A DNA stretch of 64,000 nt from Patescibacteria group bacterium (GCA_041658665.1 JBAZZR010000002.1:73147-137146); one strand, 5' to 3'. Positions 44,856-54,744 are shown, numbered from the stretch's first letter. Program-made: numbers and translations. Notes: generated by a model not told the origin, from the sequence alone.

Positions 44856-45020
44856 CGGATACCTCTTTTAATAAATTAATACTGTTGGACTTGGCCAGAA
44901 TGGTTTCGCCACAGTGGATAGAAATCTACTAGTTTAGATTACTGTCCGCTATAGCCAATCTTTTAAAGATCAATAATTAAAATAATTTACCACGTGTCTA
45001 ATTTTATGTCAATAAAAAAA

Positions 45021-45049
45021 TTGACAAAAGCCAATAAAATTAATAATAT
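45021..45049 (+). promoter_or_regulatory. Sigma-70-type promoter
   Basis: TTGACA-N17-TAATAT, 52 nt upstream of the 45101 ATG. Confidence 0.55.
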
Positions 45050-45100
45050 ACAATATCGAACTTTAAAAATATTTAATCATCAAAAAAAGGAAGATAAAAA

Positions 45101-45808
45101 ATGAAAACAAATCCAAACCCCTTCGCCGACCTAATAAACCAATTCTACCGGGATATTAAAGAAATAACGGCAGAAACCGCTCTCATCTGTTCCCGAACTT
45201 ATTATAGTATGACCGAGAGCCAAATCATCGCCCTTTACGAAAATTTCGGGCTTTGTCTCCATCAACAATTATACTCGTTAATCGGAGATACCCGCGCAGA
45301 AACTGCCGGACCCAATACTTGTTTTAGTAAAATAAATTTAATACTTGAATCTATAACCGAAGACGACGCTTTTCAAAAATCGGCTTTCTATTGGTCCCAG
45401 ATTCAATTTTGGATAAAATATCCTAATCAAGAAGAGTTAGACGCCGAAATAGATAAGCTAAAATTAATTATCCAAAAAACTTTAGCCCTAAGGCTAACTA
45501 AAAACCAGTCTAACGGAAAATTAATTCTGCTTAGCCTCGCCTACTTACTATGGCTCGAGCAATCTATTCCGACTATACGAGCATTTGGCGTTAAGCACGA
45601 CACTCATATTTTCTGGAGCACGGAGAAATACTTTATCACTTTCTTACCATCTCTCCAGCAACATAATAGATTACTAATGGAAGCGGCTAAAAATAGCAAT
45701 CTACTAGGAATCGAAAAAGAAGAATGGTGGAAAACAACCACCGAAGAAATAATTCAGAATTTACGAGAATATAATCGCCTAATATTTCAACCGGTGATAA
45801 AAAAATAA
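45101..45808 (+). CDS. Hypothetical protein
   Basis: 235-aa ORF with its own promoter and a shared terminator. No family recognised. Confidence 0.5.
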   Translation: MKTNPNPFADLINQFYRDIKEITAETALICSRTYYSMTESQIIALYENFGLCLHQQLYSLIGDTRAETAGPNTCFSKINLILESITEDDAFQKSAFYWSQIQFWIKYPNQEELDAEIDKLKLIIQKTLALRLTKNQSNGKLILLSLAYLLWLEQSIPTIRAFGVKHDTHIFWSTEKYFITFLPSLQQHNRLLMEAAKNSNLLGIEKEEWWKTTTEEIIQNLREYNRLIFQPVIKK

Positions 45809-45822
45809 TTTATCTTCTATCT

Positions 45823-45855
45823 AAAACAAGCTATCTAACGCCGATAGCTTGTTTT
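45823..45855. terminator. Bidirectional terminator between convergent genes
   Basis: AAAACAAGCTATC-N7-GATAGCTTGTTTT. Confidence 0.7.
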
Positions 45856-45882
45856 CATGCGCGCTTAATAGTAGCAATCAGT

Positions 45883-47550
45883 CTAACTTTTTTCTAATTT
45901 TGCTCTCGACCAGGCCTGAGCTAAAACCACTTTGGCCTCGGCCTGTTTAAGCGGTATTTTTAAATCTTTAATAACGCCTTCTAAGCGTTCAATTTCCGAA
46001 TTATTAAAACTTATACTCGCTCCCTCGCGAACATACTCCTGATTTGCTTGCTCAGTCTGTCTTCTGATTTTCTCGTACTCCTGAGACGACTGCTGTAAAC
46101 TGTCCCAGACGGAAACTAATTCCTGCTCCTGTAGCTGCAAGGAAACAATATCCTTATTTATCTTCTCAATTTTTCCCACTTTATCCCAAACAATCTTTTT
46201 TCTATTTAATTCGCTGATCTCAATTTCTTGATCTCGAATATTTTTACGGACTTCCTTCAAGAGGTTACTAATACCCTCCAGAGCGGGATTAATATTAGAT
46301 AAAGAATTTTCATTAATCGGAATTTTAAATTTAGCCATTTCTGTTAAACTTTGTTTAAACTCATTTTTTTGTTGTCGGGCCGTTAAATCTAGAACCGCTT
46401 GCTCTTCGCCTTTATTCTTTATTCGTTCATCCAAATATTTAACGGCCTCTAAACAACGCCTAAGCGATTCCGTTGTATTTTGTTGCTCCTCTTTTAACGA
46501 AATAAAGCGTCTCTCCATCATGCCTAAATCATTTATCCACTGCCTCTGTTCTAATTGCCGAGCGCCCATCTTCTGCCAAAGCTCTTCCCGACGTCCCTCG
46601 ATTTCTTTGACTTCTTTTTTAAGTTTTTCATATTGAGCAACTACTTCTCTCACCGCGGCGACATCTTCTCCCGACAAACCGAATCTAGATTTTAGGGCAC
46701 TGAGCAACTCTCTTTCTTCCTGTTCATTATTAGTGCCCGATAATAATTCTCCTTCCAAAGCTTTATAACGAGTAGGATTGTCCGCTAATTGCGTTTGGAG
46801 GTTAGCCGGTAATGATTCAACGGTCTTATCAAGAACTTTGTGAATCGGAGTTCGCTCCTGTTCATATTTTAGTTTTTGCGCTTTAGTCAGACTATTCTTA
46901 TTGGCTAAGAAAGACGGACTATAGCCATAGCCATCTCCTTCCGCGAAACGTTCGGTATCCTCATGATTACTCATAATTCCGAGGGCGCGGCGAGCCGTTC
47001 GTTTCTGCTCTAAACTAATTTCTAATTCTTTATATTCTACTACTAGAGAATTAAATTCCGCTTCTAACTCTTCGATTTTTTCATTAACCGGCTCGTCCTC
47101 TAAGCGCGCTAATTCTTCCTGTTTTTGTTTAATCTCTAACCCTAGCCCCGCTAATTTTTTCTGGCCGTCACTCGAAGAACTTCTCTTTTTATTTACCTTT
47201 GTCTTTAGATCTTTAAGTTTAGCGATATTATCACCAAAAAATTCTTGAGACTGTTGACGCAACAAATCGACTTTACCCACTTCTTTTGCCTTAGCTAAAG
47301 TAGCTCTCCCGTCTTTTTTAATCTGACTACGTTGTGATAAATCTTCCGCCAAACCAGCCTCCGTCTGTTGGTTAGCCTTTTGTGATTCGTTAAATTCCGT
47401 GGTCAGAGTCGGGAGCCCCTTTCTGATCGCTTTCATCTTCGCCTGTCTAGCTTCTTCTTTTTCTTGTTTTTTAAAGGCCTGGCTTTCTTGGTCCTTTATT
47501 TCCTCGTCTTTTAAAAAACCACTAAATTTTTCTAAAGCTGAATTAGCCAT
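45883..47550 (-). CDS. Long coiled-coil protein (555 aa), function unknown
   Basis: E/K/Q/L-rich, heptad-like sequence throughout. No enzymatic motif seen. Confidence 0.5.
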   Translation of the reverse strand: MANSALEKFSGFLKDEEIKDQESQAFKKQEKEEARQAKMKAIRKGLPTLTTEFNESQKANQQTEAGLAEDLSQRSQIKKDGRATLAKAKEVGKVDLLRQQSQEFFGDNIAKLKDLKTKVNKKRSSSSDGQKKLAGLGLEIKQKQEELARLEDEPVNEKIEELEAEFNSLVVEYKELEISLEQKRTARRALGIMSNHEDTERFAEGDGYGYSPSFLANKNSLTKAQKLKYEQERTPIHKVLDKTVESLPANLQTQLADNPTRYKALEGELLSGTNNEQEERELLSALKSRFGLSGEDVAAVREVVAQYEKLKKEVKEIEGRREELWQKMGARQLEQRQWINDLGMMERRFISLKEEQQNTTESLRRCLEAVKYLDERIKNKGEEQAVLDLTARQQKNEFKQSLTEMAKFKIPINENSLSNINPALEGISNLLKEVRKNIRDQEIEISELNRKKIVWDKVGKIEKINKDIVSLQLQEQELVSVWDSLQQSSQEYEKIRRQTEQANQEYVREGASISFNNSEIERLEGVIKDLKIPLKQAEAKVVLAQAWSRAKLEKS

Positions 47551-47604
47551 ATAATTTTTACTTAATTAAAATTTTTATATATCACCCGACTATAATTTCG
47601 AGAG

Positions 47605-48186
47605 TTATTTCATGGTGAACAATTTCATCAGTAACCCGTGTCTGGCTTTAATTTTTTTCTTGGCCCAGGGAAAAAATATCTTTTTATTATAATCCCTATT
47701 TAATTTCTCGAGCGCCCATAATTTAAAGTCGGCCGCGTTTCTTCGGCCAGTGGTGGCTATTTGCAGATAAAAATCATTTATATAATGAGCCATCGCATCG
47801 GCAGTCGCTAAAATTTTTCCCTCTAAAGTTACGGGTTTATTTTTACCACAACTATGCGTTAAAATAATATTTTGGACTTTTTTTATCATCTCGGAACTAT
47901 AACCATATTCCAACATTATTTTTTTAGCCTCAAGCGCCCCCATTTTTTGATGATCCCCGCTCTTTCCCCTAACTCTCTGGGTATCATGTAACCAAACGCC
48001 TAATAGCGTTACCTCCCTATCCGCTTTTGGCAGTTTCTTTAATAAAAATTTAGCATATTTTTCAACCGCTAATAGATGAGTATCATAAAACCAGGGTTCG
48101 ATATGTCCTAAATCACGACATTCATTCTTAATTTTTTCTTTAATTTGTTGAACCGTTTTAAGAGACATAATTTTATATCTATACAA
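47605..48186 (-). CDS. HD-domain phosphohydrolase
   Basis: H...VE..A (HLLAVEKYA) and GVWLHDTQR, the HD motif. The likely ATG start is at 48168 (MSLKT). Confidence 0.75.
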   Translation of the reverse strand: MYRYKIMSLKTVQQIKEKIKNECRDLGHIEPWFYDTHLLAVEKYAKFLLKKLPKADREVTLLGVWLHDTQRVRGKSGDHQKMGALEAKKIMLEYGYSSEMIKKVQNIILTHSCGKNKPVTLEGKILATADAMAHYINDFYLQIATTGRRNAADFKLWALEKLNRDYNKKIFFPWAKKKIKARHGLLMKLFTMK

Positions 48187-48275
48187 AAAAGATAAAAATC
48201 ACCTTATTTACCTTAAAATCATCTCATTTTATAAGTGAAAAGTCAAAAACAAGAAACAAAAGAATGGCTTTAAAC

Positions 48276-49010
48276 TTAGACAAATTCTAATAACAAAGCT
48301 TTATGATCAGAAACTTCTTCCGGCAAAGCCAAGAAATCTTTAACTGCAATATCTGATGAGCATAAGACATAATCAGCAAACTTTTCTGGCTTTTCGTAAT
48401 AAGAGGTGCGCGTAGACTCTAATTTATATTCCTTAACTAAATTTTTTAAATTAAGTTCTTGCTCAATCAAATTTAGACTCTGTGTATCTGGTCTCAAATT
48501 AAAATCCCCGGCTAAAATTATCTCACCGCTCAGACTCTTAATAAAATTAATAATCTTTTCCGATTGTCCCAGTCTTTCCGGGGAGTCAAGCTTGCCATGG
48601 CCGCTCCAAAGACCGTGAAAATTTAAAATATTAAAAGTTTTACCATTTAAAACAGCGACTATGAACTGTAAATTGCGACCCACGGTCGTCGCATCACGTC
48701 CAATCATCGAATCGCGCTCTCGATAGACAAAAAAATCCCCATTCTCTAAAACCTGAATAGAACGTTTAATAAAAATAGCTAAGCCCCACTCGCCCGCTTC
48801 CACTGGAGCAAAATAACCTAGATGATCAGGTAAAGATTCACTGATCTCCATAAATAATTTGGCTCTTTCCCGCTCATTAAAGACGGTTCGCTCAGTGCCA
48901 TTATGGAAGATCTCCTGTAACAGAAAAATATCGACCTCTTGGTGTTTTCCAAAAAAATCTAAAATTTCTTCCACTCGTCCGCCCCAAGCATTTAAAGATA
49001 TTAATTTCAT
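48276..49010 (-). CDS. Endonuclease/exonuclease/phosphatase (EEP) family protein
   Basis: SLNAWGG...DIFLLQE...GDFN...SDHKAL. Confidence 0.75.
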   Translation of the reverse strand: MKLISLNAWGGRVEEILDFFGKHQEVDIFLLQEIFHNGTERTVFNERERAKLFMEISESLPDHLGYFAPVEAGEWGLAIFIKRSIQVLENGDFFVYRERDSMIGRDATTVGRNLQFIVAVLNGKTFNILNFHGLWSGHGKLDSPERLGQSEKIINFIKSLSGEIILAGDFNLRPDTQSLNLIEQELNLKNLVKEYKLESTRTSYYEKPEKFADYVLCSSDIAVKDFLALPEEVSDHKALLLEFV

Positions 49011-49130
49011 ATATAACCATACTAAAAGCTATTTTTTAGCTTTCCTTAATATTTTATCAAACCATTATCGACGCCGACCTCGGCCAAGTCATTGTCTCAC
49101 AAAGTCTAATGACTATCTAAATTAGATAGC

Positions 49131-49859
49131 CTATTTTTCTATTACTGCCGTAATCGGTAAATGGTCAGAGCCTGTTGAATCGTCAACCTGAAAAGAATTG
49201 ATCTTAATATCTCGACTCGTAAATATATAATCCAATTTATATTTAACACTTTCGACTAAACAACCCGTACAACCTTCTTTATATACTGACCAGGTCGGCG
49301 TAGCCGAACTCAGTTCGGCGTCTTGTAATGTTCGGCTCATCTTTTTAATCACTGAACTATCGGGCAATGAATTAAAATCTCCCATCACGATTACTTTCTT
49401 AGCCGGGAGAAAGCCTAATAAATTTTCGACCTCCTGATCCTGTAAAACTGATGGCTGCTGATGCGTATGCTTAAGATGAATACTAAAAATAGATAAAATT
49501 TCCGATCCTATCTTAATATCAGCTGCTATCACTAGCCGCCGGAAATCATCGGCGTAGCTTAATTCATGTATTTGGCTACTAATAATTTTATATTTACTTA
49601 AAATCGCCGGCCCAAATTTTTTACTGCCCTTATCATCGCTTTTATATCCTGGAAGGAATCGGAGCGGGATTTTCATCTCAATCGCGTGAACGCATTCATA
49701 GCCTAATTCTTTGGCAATAACATCAGCGATATTACCCCTTTCGTCTTCAGTCGCTTCCTGAAGAGCAATAATATCTGCTTCAGCGCTTTTTAAAAACACA
49801 ATTACTTCGTCCAAATGCGTTCCGCACCAAATATTCCAAGATATAACTTTAAGTTTCAT
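49131..49859 (-). CDS. Endonuclease/exonuclease/phosphatase (EEP) family protein, diverged tandem paralog
   Basis: SWNIW...DIIALQE...GDFNS...SDHLPI. Confidence 0.75.
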   Translation of the reverse strand: MKLKVISWNIWCGTHLDEVIVFLKSAEADIIALQEATEDERGNIADVIAKELGYECVHAIEMKIPLRFLPGYKSDDKGSKKFGPAILSKYKIISSQIHELSYADDFRRLVIAADIKIGSEILSIFSIHLKHTHQQPSVLQDQEVENLLGFLPAKKVIVMGDFNSLPDSSVIKKMSRTLQDAELSSATPTWSVYKEGCTGCLVESVKYKLDYIFTSRDIKINSFQVDDSTGSDHLPITAVIEK

Positions 49860-50014
49860 ATATTATAAGAAGGTTGTTATAAAAAATTAGGACTCTAAAA
49901 CCTTAGACACGTTCAGTCAAAAAGGTTGCCAGTAATCTTATTATAATTTTACTACCGCAAAATACAAAAAACAAGCGGATATTAGATTTAATATCCGCTT
50001 GGCAATTCGCTTTT

Positions 50015-50533
50015 TTATATAGGAACTTTCAGACCAAAAATTACCTGGGCTTGGATAATTTTTGTTTTACCCGCCTCGGGATGTTTAGCCTCTTGGAACT
50101 CAACTACTTCGAGAAAAAAATGACCATCGGCATGACACAAATTCAAAAAATCGGCCGCTAGTTTTTCATCGTTATAAATAGCCCCGGAAGAAAAATGAAG
50201 ATAGGTATCTTTAACTTCACCAATAAACTCTGGGAAAAACTCTAATATTTCTTCTTTAGTCCAAAAAGTATCAAAGACCACTCCCGATTCTCCCGGCACA
50301 GTAATAGAGGTTACTACGACACCTGATCCCTGATATATTTTAGCAAAGACCCGACGCATGATTCTCTCTACTTCTGGAGGATATTGAAGAACGAACGAAG
50401 CATACGCCTGTCCGTCATTTACTCCAGGCGCAACAGAAACCGTAAGTGAACTATACTCGGGCCAAGCAATAAACAAAGCCACGGGCTGCCCATTAACAGG
50501 ATCGGCGGATTTTCTAACAAATTCTAAACTCAT
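50015..50533 (-). CDS. Hypothetical protein
   Basis: 172-aa ORF followed by the hairpin AAGCGGATATTAGATTTAATATCCGCTT. No family recognised. Confidence 0.45.
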   Translation of the reverse strand: MSLEFVRKSADPVNGQPVALFIAWPEYSSLTVSVAPGVNDGQAYASFVLQYPPEVERIMRRVFAKIYQGSGVVVTSITVPGESGVVFDTFWTKEEILEFFPEFIGEVKDTYLHFSSGAIYNDEKLAADFLNLCHADGHFFLEVVEFQEAKHPEAGKTKIIQAQVIFGLKVPI

Positions 50534-50741
50534 GATAACACCTTCAACATTAATGATTAAATTTGATTAATTACTAAGCTAACAAATATATTTTTAGCTC
50601 AACAATTAACCAAATTATATGTTAAGGTTCGACAACAAAAAAATATAGCACAAGACTATATTTTTATCAATACGCGACTAAATAATAATGAAAGACAATT
50701 TCTCTTCCGGGCCAGAAAAATGAAATGTAGTAAAAATTCTT

Positions 50742-51254
50742 TTAATATATGGATCCAAATCTCCCCTCGGATAAATTTTTAACTACTTCATCGGGCTCAA
50801 AAATTTTACCATTCATACAAACATATATCCCTTCGGATAATTCTTGAGATTTAGCCACCGCATAACCGATATTAAAACCAGCATCAGTCGGAGTAAACCC
50901 CTCCAAAGGAATCATGGAACAGATAAAAATTATAACCTTACCATGATTTTTAAGATTAGCCTGTAAACATCTAGCCGTATCGGGCAAGGTATAAGTCCCG
51001 TGCGTTATGATTATCCTTTTAGCTTTACTGCTAGTAACGGCATCTAATATATTCTTCCGATCCGATTCAATTAATTCCCGACTATCTTTCATGCATACCT
51101 CGGTAAACTCACATTCTTCATATAATTTCAGGATCTTAATAAATTTAGGCACCACTGAATGTTCATTTGTTACAGCGGTGTCCTTTGTCCCGTCATAATA
51201 TGAATCGACAGTCCCGCCAGTCATGATGAAGTGTAGTTTGTTATTTTCAGACAT
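50742..51254 (-). CDS. Asparaginase N-terminal-domain-like protein
   Basis: MTGGTVDS (compare TGGTI), ITHGTYTLPDTA (compare HGTDT), 170 aa. Confidence 0.6.
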   Translation of the reverse strand: MSENNKLHFIMTGGTVDSYYDGTKDTAVTNEHSVVPKFIKILKLYEECEFTEVCMKDSRELIESDRKNILDAVTSSKAKRIIITHGTYTLPDTARCLQANLKNHGKVIIFICSMIPLEGFTPTDAGFNIGYAVAKSQELSEGIYVCMNGKIFEPDEVVKNLSEGRFGSIY

Positions 51255-51330
51255 ATTACGATTATTAATATTATATATAAATTATAACAAAAAATGTTAA
51301 TTTTTTAAACCTAATCGGATGATCAAAATC

Positions 51331-51702
51331 TTACTGTCTGGCCGCCACTACTTCAATTTCTAAACTAGCGCCTAAAGGTAACTGTGACACTCCTAGAGCT
51401 GTCCGAGCGGGAAATGGATGATTGAAATATTTCTTATATTCCTCATTTAGAGCTGGTAACTCGGCTAAATCTGTTAAATAGAGACGTACTTGAATAATAT
51501 CATTAATTGTTAAATCAGCTGCAATGAGTATATTTTTAATGTTATCCATAGCGGCGTTAAAACGTTCTCCAATTGTCTCACCGATAAGCTTCCATTCTTT
51601 GTCGGCATGAATTTGGCCGGAAACAAAGACTAGCCCATTAACTTCCCAGGCTGATTATAATGGGGCATTTAATAACTCGGATGAACCATATACTTTTTTC
51701 AT
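51331..51702 (-). pseudogene. ridA: RidA/YjgF/L-PSP family gene interrupted by an in-frame TAA at codon 16
   Basis: Reading from ATG at 51702-51700 (ATGA overlap with the upstream GNAT stop) gives MKKVYGSSELLNAPL*SAWEVNGLVFVSGQI...ARTALGVSQLPLGASLEIEVVA. The stop at 51655-51657 sits where RidA proteins usually have Tyr (PYS motif). The track shows only the C-terminal 72 aa. Confidence 0.7.
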
Positions 51703-52124
51703 ATATTTTTTATAAAATGATAGCCGTAATTAGTATACCCCAAACTTTCATAAAAAAGATGAGCCGCTTTATGATCATAATGGGATTCTATGAATAGGCG
51801 GTAGCAATCGAGTTCTTTAGCCTTGTCCTCTATCTGTTGCATCAACATTTTTCCTACTCCTTTCTGACGATATTCAGGCCGGACAAAGATTTCATCCAAC
51901 TCGGCAATCGGTTTAGGATAACGAATGACGCTCCTTATGGAAAATGAAGCAAAACCAATCAGTTTACCCAGGTCTTCAGTAACAAAAACAAAATTACTCT
52001 GAGAATCTAAAACTCTGGAAAAGGAGTCGTTATCATGCTTAGAATATTTATCTTCGCCGACAAATAAATTATAGAGACTCATTAGTTCTCGATAATCCGA
52101 CTGACTGACTTTTCTTATATTCAT
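51699..52124 (-). CDS. GNAT N-acetyltransferase
   Basis: IFVRPEYRQKGVGKMLM, an acetyl-CoA motif. Confidence 0.8.
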   Translation of the reverse strand: MNIRKVSQSDYRELMSLYNLFVGEDKYSKHDNDSFSRVLDSQSNFVFVTEDLGKLIGFASFSIRSVIRYPKPIAELDEIFVRPEYRQKGVGKMLMQQIEDKAKELDCYRLFIESHYDHKAAHLFYESLGYTNYGYHFIKNI

Positions 52125-52258
52125 ATTATCTAATTATACTTATATGATACCAAAAAACCGCTCAAATGGCGATTTTTCTTCAATACTGGGCGTCGTGAAC
52201 GCTGTTAGAACTAAAGTTATAAAAAAAATCAATAAATATAATCACAACTAAAAACTAA

Positions 52259-53956
52259 TTATAAATTTAAATTATTTAAAGCCTTGCCGTGGTATGTCCG
52301 ACTAAGATCATCTTCTGGTAATTCATCTTGTATCAAGCCCCTAATCATTTCAGTGTTCCAATCAGGCGACCAATTTTGCGATACCCACATTAGTCCTTCT
52401 TTAAGACCAATTAAATTAAGTTTACGCAATAATTGTGGGTCGGCAAATATTTCTGTAAACCTTTCTTTTAAAAGTGGTAATAAATGATGAAAATTCTTAC
52501 CTTTAAAATTCGAAAAATCTTTTGTCCCCTCAACAAATTGTTGAGGATTATCAATAAAGGCAATTAAAGAAATTAGCGCCCGAATTTTTGGGGCTTTAAG
52601 CGCCGAATCAAAGTCTAATACCGCTGTTAATTTATTATTCTCATGCAGAATATTACCCATATGTAAATCGGTATGGATAAAAACAGATTCACTCTTATCA
52701 AAAACTGAAATGTGTTTTAAAAAATAGATTTCAATTTTATTAATATCTTCTAATGAACACAATTTTTCTGACTTAATCTTAACCACATACTCATTAAACT
52801 CTTTGACTAAAAATTTACTGAAACTAGGATAAGACTCTCGACCGTCAAGATTAACTCGACCAAAATCTTTAAATTTAATTTCGAAAAGCTGATTGACAAC
52901 ATCGAGTATTTGTTTAAAAATAAGCTCCCTCTTCGGTTCACTCATCTCGCAAATATCTTCTAATAACATTTTTCCCTTTGACCGCCTCATGACCAAGACT
53001 TCAAAAGGCGTTTTGTTAAAATAATCATAGGCGATTACCCGAACGACAGGCGCTTGATTACCAAGTCTATCAGAAACTACTTTATTGGCTACATAATCCG
53101 GCTTTTCGTTATTCTGATTCATCTTAATCACTAACTGCGGGGTTAGATAAGTGGCGTGAACATTTCCGGCGTTAGCCTCAGTAATTTCTTCAATCATCGG
53201 TAAATTAGGAATGTCTAGAATATCTAAAACATTTAAAACTTGCTCACGAGTAAATTTTAAAACACGTTTTTGATATTGCTGCTTAATTTCTTCTTGATAT
53301 TTATCAGAATCGACATATTTTTCAGTATCAGCTAAATTATTTCTAGCATCGGATACTTTGGAAAAAAAAATTTCTGGATTAATAAAAAAATAATGGCCAA
53401 ATAATTCGTCAATATATTTTTCCGCGCCGTGATAACTATCCTGCCAACTATTATAGCTTAGGAAATCAAATTCTTTAGAATTAAGAATTAAATCAACGAT
53501 TCGTTCTTTTTCCCAGTGCTGAATTTTATACTTTTGAATCCAGTCCTCAATGAGCAGATGAACAATCTCATGAACAATCGTTTTAGAACCTCTCTGACTA
53601 TTTATATTAAAAACAATGGTATTCGGAAGAAAATAGGAACCATTAGTTCCATAATTAGTTAGGTAAATCAAAAAGGTGTCCGGAATATCTTTATTAAAAA
53701 AATTTTCTAACTTAGAGGATAATTGAAAATAGTTAGTCGAAAAATCAGCGGTTATTTGATTAGCCACCTCTACGTATCTTCCTCTATTAAACTCTTTACT
53801 AATTTGATGCTTAATTTTTTCTTCGGAGAATTCCTTATTTATTCCTTCGGGTAGTCTTGGCTTATAACCATTAAAATCATACCAGTCCATCTTGGCTATG
53901 GTATTTTTGACTCTCTCTGACTCCAGGGCAATTCCAAATTTTATATTTAGTGTCAT
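52259..53956 (-). CDS. Two-domain protein: HExxH metallopeptidase-like N-terminus plus aminoglycoside/choline-kinase-like (APH) C-terminus
   Basis: TIVHEIVHLL at ~residue 127, and FIHTDLHMGNILHE...VLDFDSA (Brenner/APH catalytic loop plus DFD) at ~residues 425-450. Confidence 0.6.
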   Translation of the reverse strand: MTLNIKFGIALESERVKNTIAKMDWYDFNGYKPRLPEGINKEFSEEKIKHQISKEFNRGRYVEVANQITADFSTNYFQLSSKLENFFNKDIPDTFLIYLTNYGTNGSYFLPNTIVFNINSQRGSKTIVHEIVHLLIEDWIQKYKIQHWEKERIVDLILNSKEFDFLSYNSWQDSYHGAEKYIDELFGHYFFINPEIFFSKVSDARNNLADTEKYVDSDKYQEEIKQQYQKRVLKFTREQVLNVLDILDIPNLPMIEEITEANAGNVHATYLTPQLVIKMNQNNEKPDYVANKVVSDRLGNQAPVVRVIAYDYFNKTPFEVLVMRRSKGKMLLEDICEMSEPKRELIFKQILDVVNQLFEIKFKDFGRVNLDGRESYPSFSKFLVKEFNEYVVKIKSEKLCSLEDINKIEIYFLKHISVFDKSESVFIHTDLHMGNILHENNKLTAVLDFDSALKAPKIRALISLIAFIDNPQQFVEGTKDFSNFKGKNFHHLLPLLKERFTEIFADPQLLRKLNLIGLKEGLMWVSQNWSPDWNTEMIRGLIQDELPEDDLSRTYHGKALNNLNL

Positions 53957-54137
53957 ATTTATGGTTTATTATTAAACTCTACCTCTAAGCCTCTAAAAAA
54001 TCAAATTCACGCTAAATAATATGCGTTAGAATTAGTGGAAAAACATAAAATACGATCTAAACAATCCGGGTCTCTTCTAGTAGAGTTAGAACTAATTAAT
54101 TAAAATTATAAATTTAAATATACGTTTTAGCCAAAAA

Positions 54138-54686
54138 GTGATATATTACCATTATAATACTAAAATTATGATAAACGTATCTTTATCAACTCCAACAAAT
54201 GACATAAACAATGAGGGACCCTCTTTCAAACCAAGTAGTATCGACTTACTACAACTTCTCTCGCTTTGCTTACCAGCTTTAATAAGTTGGATTTTTTTTC
54301 AATTCTTGGCAAGAGATCTCGAATTTATGATAGCCGCTTCAAGTATTGGAATGATTATATGTGCTATTCTCAGCTGGTTTTTATATAAAAAATTTAAATC
54401 AATAATTATTATTTGTTTTTTGTATATTTTAGCTGGTTGTATTATATATTTTATATCGAGCCAAGTGGCACCATATTACACTAGCCAATACCTTTTTATA
54501 ATTTACCCTCTGACAACACTGTTTATTCCAACTACTTATATTATAAAGGAGATATTAAGAGATACGAACAGAATCAGCCTCTTTGTTATGAGTCTTTTTA
54601 TATCAATTATTTTTTCATTTGTTTCTTATTATACAATATCATTTCTAGCAGGATTCATTATGCTTTTATTTTATGGTTGGCACTAG
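54138..54686 (+). CDS. Small polytopic membrane protein
   Basis: About 5 TM helices. GTG start in the track; the in-frame ATG at 54168 is more likely. It is the only plus-strand gene between 46 and 61.6 kb. Confidence 0.45.
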   Translation: MIYYHYNTKIMINVSLSTPTNDINNEGPSFKPSSIDLLQLLSLCLPALISWIFFQFLARDLEFMIAASSIGMIICAILSWFLYKKFKSIIIICFLYILAGCIIYFISSQVAPYYTSQYLFIIYPLTTLFIPTTYIIKEILRDTNRISLFVMSLFISIIFSFVSYYTISFLAGFIMLLFYGWH

Positions 54687-54744
54687 GATAAATATACTTT
54701 ATTATTTGAAATAATGTAACGGGCAGCTAATAAATAAATCTTTA

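Noticed and set aside
51655-51657. In-frame TAA in ridA as evidence for stop-codon reassignment
   Set aside because: TAA is the normal terminator of many clearly complete genes here (for example thyA and gatB). A single event is better explained by mutation or error.
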